From a virus: 64,000 nt of DNA. The translations under genes and the position numbers were made by a program. The stretch is from IMG/VR virus record IMGVR_UViG_3300023115_001620, positions 1-64,000 of that record; one strand, 5' to 3'. Below are positions 45,697 through 54,567 of this stretch, one piece after another (positions within the stretch are counted from its first letter, which is position 1; each line of letters opens with the position of its first letter). Under the pieces are notes generated by a model. It was not told where the DNA came from. It saw only the letters and a list, made by a program, of their open reading frames with translations, and searched no databases.

Positions 45697-47265
45697 CTAT
45701 GACTTTTTCTTTCTTCCACTCTTCATGTTTGCGCACCAATGATACATCCTCGCTTTCTCACCTGAGCTATTCTTGGCTCTCTTTCTTAAACTTGTAACAC
45801 TACCATTGCAACTAGCACCTGCACGTTTTACACGCCCTGGTCTGCTTTTGCCTTTACGCTTACCGTCAGCAAAGTTTTCATTTATTCCAAGTTCATCAAC
45901 CATTATTTCTAACGCTGAATCTACATCATTTAAACCATTTTCTTCTTTTGTTTTCTCATACCAACTTCTTACAAAGTTTGATGCTGAGTGTCCATAAGTA
46001 TCTGGAGCCATCATCATTTGATAAAGAACTTGGTCAGGTGCTTCTCGTTGAGACCTTACAAACTTTCTAAGACTATCTAAGTCTGTACTTTCATTATATG
46101 CTACATCTGTTGCTGCTTTTGCTTTGGTAGCATCAGCAAAGTTTTCTATAATATGTGCTTCTAAATCAATGCCTGTATTTTTCTTAATATCTTTAACAGT
46201 ATAAGGCCAATCATCTTTTGAAACTTTTCTTCCTACTTTTAAAAGTGTGCTTAGAAGTTTAGGATATTTTTTATACAAGTTCATATTAAAAGTAATTTTC
46301 ACTGCATCATAAAAGTACGGTTCTAACTCGTTAGTTTCATGAGCCTTTTTTGCAAGACCTATAATTTTTTTATAAGAAGCTATGTCTTCTTTTGTTGCTT
46401 TTATTAACCCTTTTTTCTTACCGTCAGCAAAGTTTTCATCTATGTCTTCGTTTTTCTTACGTCCTGCACAATGAGCTTTTTGACTAAATCCTTTTGGATT
46501 AGAACAATTAATACTATCCTTGTACTTTTTGCTCCAACCTTCGTCTAGCATATCTTCCAATACATCGTCTGCCATATGTACACGAGCATACTCGGCACCT
46601 GCAAGACGCAAAGCATCGTACCTATGATGACCGTTAACTATGCGTCCCTTACGATCAATCTGTATGGGTGCATAATCATCCTTCAATACTCTTTCTAGCT
46701 GCTTTATTAATTTTTTGTAAGAGCGTTCTTTTTGAACTGTTCTTAACTGCACCAGTTTAACTCTGCCTAAAGGACCATAATTTTTTACCTGCGGAGGTGC
46801 TTCGCCACCTGTTGGTTCGTCGTCAAAATGTGCATCTTGATAGCCAGCAGCGCCTTGAACATCATATCCAATACGCTTCAATTGCTTCATTAGATATTTC
46901 ATTTCTTTCTTGCCTGCATACGGAGCAATTACAACGTCAGGTTCGTCGTAGTTTGCACCTTTGGGAACTGCTTTGAGATTTGCTAGATTAGTTCCTATTT
47001 TGTAGTGATCGTATGCAGTATCAGATTTTGTTAGAAATGTGTTTGGAGGATTAGGAATCAGTTGTCCTTCTGCTAAACCTAGATTATACAAAACATTTGT
47101 ACTTTTACCTTTAACTTTTTTACTCAAAGTTGGCGGCTTTCCGTCTTTGTCCACTTTGTTTCCAAATTTTGCTGCTTCACGAGATATAGAATTAGTGTCA
47201 ACATCTGCTGTTGTGTTGACACCCTTTACAATTCTACCATCTTCTAATAAATCTCTTATACGCAT
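45697..47265 (-). CDS. Modular polyprotein-like protein with a ParB/Srx-like domain and three ENFAD repeats
   Basis: MRIRDLLE N-terminus; PI.ID..G.IVNGHHRY.A; ENFAD three times. Confidence 0.7.
   Translation of the reverse strand: MRIRDLLEDGRIVKGVNTTADVDTNSISREAAKFGNKVDKDGKPPTLSKKVKGKSTNVLYNLGLAEGQLIPNPPNTFLTKSDTAYDHYKIGTNLANLKAVPKGANYDEPDVVIAPYAGKKEMKYLMKQLKRIGYDVQGAAGYQDAHFDDEPTGGEAPPQVKNYGPLGRVKLVQLRTVQKERSYKKLIKQLERVLKDDYAPIQIDRKGRIVNGHHRYDALRLAGAEYARVHMADDVLEDMLDEGWSKKYKDSINCSNPKGFSQKAHCAGRKKNEDIDENFADGKKKGLIKATKEDIASYKKIIGLAKKAHETNELEPYFYDAVKITFNMNLYKKYPKLLSTLLKVGRKVSKDDWPYTVKDIKKNTGIDLEAHIIENFADATKAKAATDVAYNESTDLDSLRKFVRSQREAPDQVLYQMMMAPDTYGHSASNFVRSWYEKTKEENGLNDVDSALEIMVDELGINENFADGKRKGKSRPGRVKRAGASCNGSVTSLRKRAKNSSGEKARMYHWCANMKSGRKKKS
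45859..46439. repeat. 23-bp direct repeat (45859-45881, 46417-46439) with partial copy at 46133-46146
   Basis: CTTACCGTCAGCAAAGTTTTCAT, encoding ENFADGK on the - strand. Confidence 0.85.
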
Positions 47266-47266
47266 T

Positions 47267-47512
47267 TTACCAAATCTTTACTACGTGAAAATCTGCAGGT
47301 CTTTGCAACTTTATTTCATTGCGTTTACCATCCATATCTACAAACACAAAATGTTTAGGCATTGTTTTTATTATTTTTTTGGCTGTATATGTTTGTGTTT
47401 TGAATTTTTCTGTTCTTGCACCATCCTGATGTACAGTTACTTCATCGGGAATTGTTATGATTAGCTCATATTCTTCTCGTGTTACTCTTTGCCACCAAGT
47501 CTTCAAGCTCAT
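47267..47512 (-). CDS. Hypothetical protein
   Basis: Coupled ORF, 81 aa. Confidence 0.65.
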   Translation of the reverse strand: MSLKTWWQRVTREEYELIITIPDEVTVHQDGARTEKFKTQTYTAKKIIKTMPKHFVFVDMDGKRNEIKLQRPADFHVVKIW

Positions 47513-47724
47513 TTTTTCTTACGTCCTCTAAAAGTATGTCCTGTCATATAAGGTTTTGAAAACCATAATTCAAACCATTCTTTGTCACCTGGTTTAATAT
47601 TTTGTTCTTTTTCTTTTTTCTTTAATTCAGTTGCAGTATGGCTCATATCTTCAAGAGTATACTCTGTGTAACCTTTGTATTCGTTTACACCTGCTAGTTT
47701 TTTAATATACTCTAGTTCATCCAC
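47509..47724 (-). CDS. Hypothetical protein
   Basis: 71 aa; EL..IKKLAG, KPG..EWF.LWFS. Confidence 0.65.
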   Translation of the reverse strand: MDELEYIKKLAGVNEYKGYTEYTLEDMSHTATELKKKEKEQNIKPGDKEWFELWFSKPYMTGHTFRGRKKK

Positions 47725-49082
47725 GATAGATCACCTTGTTCTAAAGATTCTGCATACTTAGCAGCAAACTTCTCGCCGTGCTTTTCTATCCATTTTTTAA
47801 GTACAACTGCACCTAAGATAAGTGTTACAGCCATTGCAATAGTAAACTTGTTGTCGATAAGCATTTGTGTTGCTTCTTCGCCAATTTTATCTGTAACCCA
47901 TTCCCATCCTTCACTTATGGCAATTGCTGCTGCGCTACCACCTATGATATATTTTGCAAATTTCTTTAACAACCATTTTAATACAGGCCACGCACCTCTT
48001 ACAGCAATCCAACGAAGTATCCACATAACTGCTGCACCCACTGCTGGTGCAATTTCATCTAGTTGTTGTTCTTCTTTGACGTATTTTTCTTTTTTCTTTT
48101 CTTCGCCTTTGGTAAGTTCACGTTCTATTGTAGATAATGCCTCTTGTATATCCTCTTTGGAAACAACAAATCGTTTTCCTTTAGATGTTATTTGTTTACC
48201 AGCAATATATTTTAATAAAGCAGAAAGGTTTTCAACACTATCCTCTCTGTTTACGTAATCTTGGATCTGATCTTTGATATATTTTACCAAAGCCTGTTTG
48301 TCTAAAACTAAATCTGCTTCTGCTGTTACTAATTCTTTTTTAGACTTCCATGCATCCTTGTCGCCTTTTGCAGCAGCTTTTCTTCTCGCTGCTATTCTAT
48401 CTCTGATGCTACTTGGTTCGTCGAATTTTTCTTTTTTCTTTTTAATTGTAGCTCTTTTAGCTCTACTTGGAATACCAAAAGCCATTATTTCTTCTACAGG
48501 CTCAGTAATACCCATGCCTTTGCGTACAGCATCAAACATAGTTTTGGCTAGTTTAGGATTTGGTACGCCTTTTGCAAATGCTTCTATGTCCCCTGAAGCT
48601 GCTGCTACACGCATTTTGCTTGCACTCATACCGCTTACATCATCTGCATCTGGATCACGTTCTCCTGCACTTGCTACTTTGATTGAATTAAATTTAAACG
48701 GAACTTTTCCTGATTTGTCTGGTTGACCGTTGTATGTATTGAACAGTTTTTGGAAACCATCTACACGATCTGAACCTGCAATAAAAATTACATCAGTGTA
48801 ACCTAAACTTTGTAGCATTTCTAATGCTTGAACTGGTGTACGTACACTTTGATGTCCTATGTTTATTCCAGGAAAAAATTGTTTTGCGAACTTTAGTTTT
48901 GTTGGAAAGTCTAAAGGATCTGTTTTAGGTTTTTGGCTTTGAGATAAGAAAAGATAGTGGTCTCCTTCAAAAGACTCTATTGTACTAACTAACTTTGCAT
49001 GACCTACAGTGGGAGGATTCAGCCTACCAAAAGCTAGAACTGCTGTTTTTTTCGTTTCTTCAAACAGTTCCCGTAGTAGCAT
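47712..49082 (-). CDS. HIGH-type nucleotidyltransferase fused to extra modules
   Basis: FGRLNPPTVGH, AGSDR, MSASKMR; MLLRELFE N-terminus; hydrophobic C-terminal module. Confidence 0.8.
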   Translation of the reverse strand: MLLRELFEETKKTAVLAFGRLNPPTVGHAKLVSTIESFEGDHYLFLSQSQKPKTDPLDFPTKLKFAKQFFPGINIGHQSVRTPVQALEMLQSLGYTDVIFIAGSDRVDGFQKLFNTYNGQPDKSGKVPFKFNSIKVASAGERDPDADDVSGMSASKMRVAAASGDIEAFAKGVPNPKLAKTMFDAVRKGMGITEPVEEIMAFGIPSRAKRATIKKKKEKFDEPSSIRDRIAARRKAAAKGDKDAWKSKKELVTAEADLVLDKQALVKYIKDQIQDYVNREDSVENLSALLKYIAGKQITSKGKRFVVSKEDIQEALSTIERELTKGEEKKKEKYVKEEQQLDEIAPAVGAAVMWILRWIAVRGAWPVLKWLLKKFAKYIIGGSAAAIAISEGWEWVTDKIGEEATQMLIDNKFTIAMAVTLILGAVVLKKWIEKHGEKFAAKYAESLEQGDLSWMN

Positions 49083-49414
49083 TAGTATGCTCCGTCTTTG
49101 ATTTGTTTCATCTCTTCAGAAAACAATTTTTTGACTAAAGCTTCTTTATCTTCATCCTTAAATATATTTTCAGATCTGCCAAGCTTGTATTCTTTGCAAT
49201 ACGATTCAATACCCCTATTGACACAGTCACCCATGCATTTTGATGCATTTACCTTTTGGTTTTTCTTATACATTTCCTGCATTTTTATTACAGCAGGAAA
49301 GAAATGTTTTCTATAAAACATAGGATCATTGCGCATATAGATAGCACAGTCGTCTACAGGACTGAAAGGCATTTTCTTATCAACTGCTTTTGCAAATTCT
49401 ACAAGTTTTACCAT
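49082..49414 (-). CDS. Hypothetical protein
   Basis: GGAG SD; MVKLVEF N-terminus. Confidence 0.65.
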   Translation of the reverse strand: MVKLVEFAKAVDKKMPFSPVDDCAIYMRNDPMFYRKHFFPAVIKMQEMYKKNQKVNASKCMGDCVNRGIESYCKEYKLGRSENIFKDEDKEALVKKLFSEEMKQIKDGAY

Positions 49415-49971
49415 TTGCGGCAACTCCAATATCTTGCCTTTGTTCTTGGACCTGGGTTATCGCAGTTGTGTCTTGCACGGAATGAACGTCTACGTGCCGG
49501 GTTTGATTTTTTAATCTTCATGTTAGGATCACCAAAGTTAACTTTTTTAACATTCTTAGTCTTTGGGTCTTTAACATATACTTTAAACTTTTTAACATCG
49601 CCACGCATAGGCTTGCCTAGTGGAACTTTACGGCCTTGGTATTCTGCTTCATCGATTTCATCTTCGTTAAACCACATTACACCGTACTCTAAGAAAAAGT
49701 CATCACCGTCGTAAGTTTCCTCTACAATGTCTTCCCCTAAATCTGTTGAAATTTCAATATCAAAGTCATCATAACCTTGTTCAAACATATAATTTGCTAA
49801 ACGATTTGCGTATTCGTCTGCTTCTTCTTCATCTAATTGGCGGGGGAGTGCTATTTCGTATACTGTAGCACCTTGCTCAGTTTCGTAAATTTCTTGTTCT
49901 GCAAAGATGCTTTCGTCTAATAGTTGCGCACCTTCTTGTTTTTCCATTACTACTCTTACAAAATGTTCCAT
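49408..49971 (-). CDS. Two-module protein (acidic N-terminal, basic C-terminal RARHNC...YWSC)
   Basis: Modules separated by IVEE/IDE. Confidence 0.7.
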   Translation of the reverse strand: MEHFVRVVMEKQEGAQLLDESIFAEQEIYETEQGATVYEIALPRQLDEEEADEYANRLANYMFEQGYDDFDIEISTDLGEDIVEETYDGDDFFLEYGVMWFNEDEIDEAEYQGRKVPLGKPMRGDVKKFKVYVKDPKTKNVKKVNFGDPNMKIKKSNPARRRSFRARHNCDNPGPRTKARYWSCRKW

Positions 49972-49980
49972 GATTTTACC

Positions 49981-50325
49981 TTAATGATTCAAAACAACAC
50001 TATCTAAGGTGCCGTCTGTCCAATTCATAATCTTTGCTCTAAGCCAAACATAATTGCCTGTTACACTTTTAATTTGACTATCTGTCTCTTGTTCAGCAAC
50101 AAGTGATAATACAGAAAACCAATCAGCGCCAGTTGGGTCAATCGCCAACGTTGCTTCTATAACTAATGTTCCGGTAAAGCCTGTATAACTATATTGAAGA
50201 GTATGTAGACCATCAGAGCGTCCATAATAGCCGTCTCCTTTGTATTTCTCTCCTGTGACACTTTCAATTGTGCTATCACCTGGATGAGTGTTGGTTGTTA
50301 AAATTGTTTCACTAGTTGCTGCCAT
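49981..50325 (-). CDS. Probable virion structural protein (beta-rich)
   Basis: ATAAATA 5 nt upstream of ATG; G.....EATL...P...DWF, GNYVWLRA. Confidence 0.6.
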   Translation of the reverse strand: MAATSETILTTNTHPGDSTIESVTGEKYKGDGYYGRSDGLHTLQYSYTGFTGTLVIEATLAIDPTGADWFSVLSLVAEQETDSQIKSVTGNYVWLRAKIMNWTDGTLDSVVLNH

Positions 50326-50326
50326 A

Positions 50327-51025
50327 CTAATATTTATCTAATTCTTGTTTCCAAACCAGTTTTTCAATTTTACGTATATTGTCACCGCATATCAATGTAA
50401 CTAATTGTAAAACTTTTTCATCTCTTACATAGAAATAGAGTCCATTTGCATAGCCAGAATTCAATAATGTTTCTAATGCAATTTTACCAACTTTGCTTTT
50501 ATCTTTATTGTTTTCTAACCACATGCCTAGTTCTTTAGATGCTTTTTTTCTGCCCAAAATACATCGAATAGAATATTTTGGCTTGTTACTAACAATAACA
50601 GTATGATCATTGCTTAACAAAAATTCTTTATCTTGCACACGAGGCTCAAAAAATTCTACATCTTTAGTTCTAAGCTTTCCGCCTAAACTAGTTAATAGGT
50701 TTTTGTTGTTAGAATATAGTATTAAACTATGACATGCACCTACTCTTACTAATACTTGGTCAGTGTTGGCTTTTAAATGATTGTAAATATCATTTGCATC
50801 AAAGAAATCGTTATTTGTAACCGGCAAATCAGTACGAAACAGAGTACGTTTTAAGGGTATACCGTTTTCATAGTCTGCATAAAGTCGATCTAAATGAGAA
50901 CGTGCATGACTTAAATCCCCTTTTTTCTGTAATTCTGTGCGAAAAATAGAGTTAAGGGAATTATGCAGTACAAGTTTGTACAAATACTTTCCATAGTGAA
51001 GCTTATTTGATTCACGCTGTTTCAG
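50327..51025 (-). CDS. Hypothetical protein (possible CTG start)
   Basis: Frame is open upstream of 50983 to CTG 51025, 7 nt after GAGGAG. Confidence 0.6.
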   Translation of the reverse strand: MKQRESNKLHYGKYLYKLVLHNSLNSIFRTELQKKGDLSHARSHLDRLYADYENGIPLKRTLFRTDLPVTNNDFFDANDIYNHLKANTDQVLVRVGACHSLILYSNNKNLLTSLGGKLRTKDVEFFEPRVQDKEFLLSNDHTVIVSNKPKYSIRCILGRKKASKELGMWLENNKDKSKVGKIALETLLNSGYANGLYFYVRDEKVLQLVTLICGDNIRKIEKLVWKQELDKY

Positions 51026-53252
51026 CTTCTTTCTCCTCTACAGAACTTGTACGGAGTGTAATTTTATCATCGTAATCAATTGTTAATTTACCACCATTTT
51101 GTAAGTCACCAAAAAGTATTTGTCTACTTAAAGGACGTTTAATTTCTTTATCAATTACACGCTGTAAAGGACGGGCGCCATTTTTTGGATCAAAGCCTTT
51201 GTCTACTAAGTAATCAAGTGCTTCGTCAGTTATTTTAATTTCAATATTTTTGTCTGACACCATGTTCTTTAGTTCTACTAGGAACTTGCCAACAATTTTC
51301 ATCATAACTTCTTTGCCCAACTTAGCAAATGTTATAATACCGTCTAGTCGATTTCTAAATTCAGGAGCAAAAAACCTCTTAATTTCAGTATCTTCATAAT
51401 CATAATCACTTTGGCTTTCAAAACCTATAGAATTTTTCTCTGCTTGAGCAGCACCTAGGTTAGTTGTAAGGATAAGTGTACAGTTGCGAGCATCTGCTTC
51501 TTTACCGTTTGATCCTGTGACTTTTCCGTTATCCATTACTTGTAACAAAATTTGAGATACATCTGGGTGTGCTTTTTCTATCTCGTCTAATAATAAAACA
51601 CAGTTAGGATATTCTTGTAATTTTGTAATTAATTGGCCTGCATTGTCTTCGTGACCAACGTAACCCGGAGGTGAACCAATTAGTTTAGCAACTGAATGTT
51701 TCTCCATGTATTCACTCATGTCAAAGCGCACAAGTTGTACACCAAGATTTTTAGCAAGTTGTTTTGCTGTTTCTGTTTTACCTGTACCTGTTGGACCCAT
51801 AAACACAAATGCGCCAATTGGCTTATCGTCTGGTTTTAAACCTGCTTGGCTTACAAGAATTTTATCAACAATACCTTCAATTGCTTCATCTTGACCATAG
51901 ACAACTTTCTTAAGATTGTCTTCTAGATTTTTTAAATTTTCTGTTTCACGTTGTGCAACCTGTTCTTCAGGAAGATTCAACATTTTAGATAGCTCATATT
52001 GAATGTTTTCTTCTGTAACAACTTTGTTTTCAGTTTGATCATTTACTTTAAAACGTGAACAAGCTACATCTATTAAATCAATTGCCTTATCAGGTAATTT
52101 TTTATCAGTTTGATATTTTACACTTAACTTTACTGCTGCTTCTATAGCAGAATCTGTAATAGTTGTTGCATGATAATCTTCATAATACTTTTTGATACCT
52201 TGTAAGATATCTTTTGTGGTTTCTGAACTTGGCTCACTGATAACAACACGTTGGAATCTGCGCATTAATGCACGATCCTTTTCAAAATACTTGCGATATT
52301 CTTCCCAAGTAGTGGATGCAACAACTTTTAAGTCACCTTTTGTTAATGCAGGCTTCAACATGTTAGCAAGGTCGTTGGAACTGCCACTACCGGCAGCGCC
52401 AGCACCGTTCATCATATGTGCTTCATCAACAAACATGATTGTTTTACCTTGTTTTGTAAGTGCCTGTAGTACAAGTTTAAACCGTTCTTCAAAATCACCG
52501 CGATACTTTGAACCTGCAAGCATACTGCCAATATCAAGATTATAAACTTTGTACTCTTTTAAGAACTCCGGTACATTGTCATTGACAATGTTAAATGCAA
52601 GTCCTTCTGCAATAGCAGTTTTACCTACACCAGGGTCGCCTACCATTAGTACATTGTTTTTGCTTCTACGTCCAAGTGCAAGAGCAAGGCTTTCTAATTC
52701 TTCTGAGCGTCCAATAATAGGATCAACTTTGCCTTTTTTCACTTCAGCGTTCAAATCTGTTGTAAAGTTTTTAAGGGCTCTACGTGCTTCGCTCGGCAAT
52801 TCTTCGTCTTCTAATTCATCCATAGTTTCGTCGACAAATGCGCTTAAACTTGCTTTATCAATGCCGCCTTTGTTCAGATAGAACACACTTACACATTTTT
52901 TCTCGTGTAAAACACTTAACACGACATCTGTAAGTTCAATAGTAGTCCTACCTGCAAACAAAACTTGGGTAAAGCCTCTGTTTAACACTCTTTCAACTGT
53001 AGAAGTTTTCTTAGGTTTATACTTTACCATATCTGTTTTAATATCGTCTAGTTCATTCTTGAGATAATGCTCAAGATTAGACTTGATATACTGAATATCA
53101 GCTCCAAAAGTTTCTAATAATTTACAGAAATTTTCGCTACAAAAAATTGCATACACAAGATGTTCTACAGTCACGTATTCATGCTGTAATTTTTTTGCAT
53201 CTTTAACTGCTTTATCAAATATTGCTTGTAGCTCTTTACTTGGTTCTACCAT
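51012..53252 (-). CDS. clpA: ClpA-type two-domain AAA+ unfoldase
   Basis: Clp N-domain, GDPGVGKT, GPTGTGKT, IGSPPGYVG, IGF loop, no long middle domain. Confidence 0.9.
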   Translation of the reverse strand: MVEPSKELQAIFDKAVKDAKKLQHEYVTVEHLVYAIFCSENFCKLLETFGADIQYIKSNLEHYLKNELDDIKTDMVKYKPKKTSTVERVLNRGFTQVLFAGRTTIELTDVVLSVLHEKKCVSVFYLNKGGIDKASLSAFVDETMDELEDEELPSEARRALKNFTTDLNAEVKKGKVDPIIGRSEELESLALALGRRSKNNVLMVGDPGVGKTAIAEGLAFNIVNDNVPEFLKEYKVYNLDIGSMLAGSKYRGDFEERFKLVLQALTKQGKTIMFVDEAHMMNGAGAAGSGSSNDLANMLKPALTKGDLKVVASTTWEEYRKYFEKDRALMRRFQRVVISEPSSETTKDILQGIKKYYEDYHATTITDSAIEAAVKLSVKYQTDKKLPDKAIDLIDVACSRFKVNDQTENKVVTEENIQYELSKMLNLPEEQVAQRETENLKNLEDNLKKVVYGQDEAIEGIVDKILVSQAGLKPDDKPIGAFVFMGPTGTGKTETAKQLAKNLGVQLVRFDMSEYMEKHSVAKLIGSPPGYVGHEDNAGQLITKLQEYPNCVLLLDEIEKAHPDVSQILLQVMDNGKVTGSNGKEADARNCTLILTTNLGAAQAEKNSIGFESQSDYDYEDTEIKRFFAPEFRNRLDGIITFAKLGKEVMMKIVGKFLVELKNMVSDKNIEIKITDEALDYLVDKGFDPKNGARPLQRVIDKEIKRPLSRQILFGDLQNGGKLTIDYDDKITLRTSSVEEKEAETA

Positions 53253-53270
53253 AGATATATACACCTTTTA

Positions 53271-54095
53271 TTATTTGTAAATCTTCTTTTTAAGATCTTC
53301 TATTTCTCTTAAAATACTTTCGTCTTCTATATTTGGTATACTTGCATCAATTTCCACATACAAATTACCTCTTTTGCCTGTATTAATGTTTGGAATACCG
53401 TATCCTGGTATGTTGAAAACTTGTCCTGATTTTGTGCCTTTTGGAATTTTTAATCTAACTTGCTTACCGTCTAATGTATTCATTATTATAACACAACCTA
53501 GCAATAAGTCAAATACATTTGTTACCTTTTTGGTAATTAAATTGTCATTATCTCTTTCCCAGTTATGTTGTTTTTTAACTCTAATTTTTACATGCAAATC
53601 GCCTCTTGGATATTGATGATATCCGTCGTCTCCTAATCCCTGATATCTAACTGTATCTCCGTTTTTTGCCCCAGGAGGTATACTTACTGTTACTGTTTCT
53701 AGTTTACCTGTTCTAGTTTGGTATTGAATGATTGCATCTTTTCCTTTTAAAACATCTTGCAAACTTATTTCTGCTTTTACATGTATATCACTATTTCTAG
53801 GAGTCTTAACATTTGCAAACCCCTGGCCAAATATATGATCAAAGGGTGTTCCTGCAAAAGGGTTACCTCCATTTCTAAATTGATTTGCGTTAAATTGGAA
53901 GTCTGGACCAGGATTGTCGTAGGCAGAACGTTTATCCGAGTTACTTAGTATTTCGTATGCTTCTGTAACACGTTTAAATTCTTCTTGGTTGCCTCCTCTG
54001 TCAGGATGATGTTGCATTGCCTTACGTTTGAAGGCTTTTTTTATTTCATCCTGCGAAGCAGTCCTTTGAACACCTAAAATAGAATAATAGTCCAT
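53271..54095 (-). CDS. dnaJ: DnaJ class B (CbpA-like) co-chaperone
   Basis: DYY.ILGV, HPD, G/F linker, C-terminal beta domains, no Zn finger. Confidence 0.9.
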   Translation of the reverse strand: MDYYSILGVQRTASQDEIKKAFKRKAMQHHPDRGGNQEEFKRVTEAYEILSNSDKRSAYDNPGPDFQFNANQFRNGGNPFAGTPFDHIFGQGFANVKTPRNSDIHVKAEISLQDVLKGKDAIIQYQTRTGKLETVTVSIPPGAKNGDTVRYQGLGDDGYHQYPRGDLHVKIRVKKQHNWERDNDNLITKKVTNVFDLLLGCVIIMNTLDGKQVRLKIPKGTKSGQVFNIPGYGIPNINTGKRGNLYVEIDASIPNIEDESILREIEDLKKKIYK

Positions 54096-54122
54096 ACAAT
54101 TACTTATCGCACGGACTATTAT
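54084..54122 (-). promoter_or_regulatory. Hairpin masking the dnaJ start codon, with late promoter variant ATAAGTA at the loop
   Basis: mRNA AUAAUAGUCCGUGCGAU-AAGUA-AUUGUAUGGACUAUUAU. Confidence 0.7.
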
Positions 54123-54138
54123 GTACTATAAGTAGTGA

Positions 54139-54567
54139 TTACTTACCTTTAGCAGAATATGCATTAGCACCAAAGAATGCCATTACAATCGCTGCAACAG
54201 AAACAAAGTATGTCGCTGCCATTGATCCTAGCACAGTTGCAGAATTATCAAGATTGAAATAACTTGCTGCAACAACTGCAAATGGATATAATAACATACC
54301 AAACAGAGCAAACCATGCCATAGAACGCTGTGCATCACGCATAGCATCTTGGTCCTCTAGTTCTTTACGTTTGAATTCTAAATGCATCTCCATTTCTTGT
54401 TTTGAAATATGACCGTCACCGTTCATATCTGCACTTGCTGGCAATGCACCGTTATCAATAGTCATTTTTCTTTCATATGATATTTCGGGAGCCGGAGCAG
54501 GGGCAGGTGCCGCTGCTGGTTCAGCTGCTGGGGTGCTTTCTAGTTCTTCTGGTTTTTTACGTGGCAT
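54139..54567 (-). CDS. Holin-like 2-TM protein with EF-hand loop
   Basis: Pro/Ala linker, DMNGDGHISKQE, two C-terminal TM helices; downstream of lysis genes. Confidence 0.55.
   Translation of the reverse strand: MPRKKPEELESTPAAEPAAAPAPAPAPEISYERKMTIDNGALPASADMNGDGHISKQEMEMHLEFKRKELEDQDAMRDAQRSMAWFALFGMLLYPFAVVAASYFNLDNSATVLGSMAATYFVSVAAIVMAFFGANAYSAKGK

Noticed and set aside
45566-45736. Possible 56-aa GTG-start ORF filling the gap between 45569 and 45697
   Set aside because: The frame is open and ATGA-coupled downstream, but there is no clear SD or recognisable motif, so it is too weak to call.
54486-54535. GC-rich repeat-like stretch
   Set aside because: It encodes the Pro/Ala linker (PAAEPAAAPAPAPAP) of ORF 54139.
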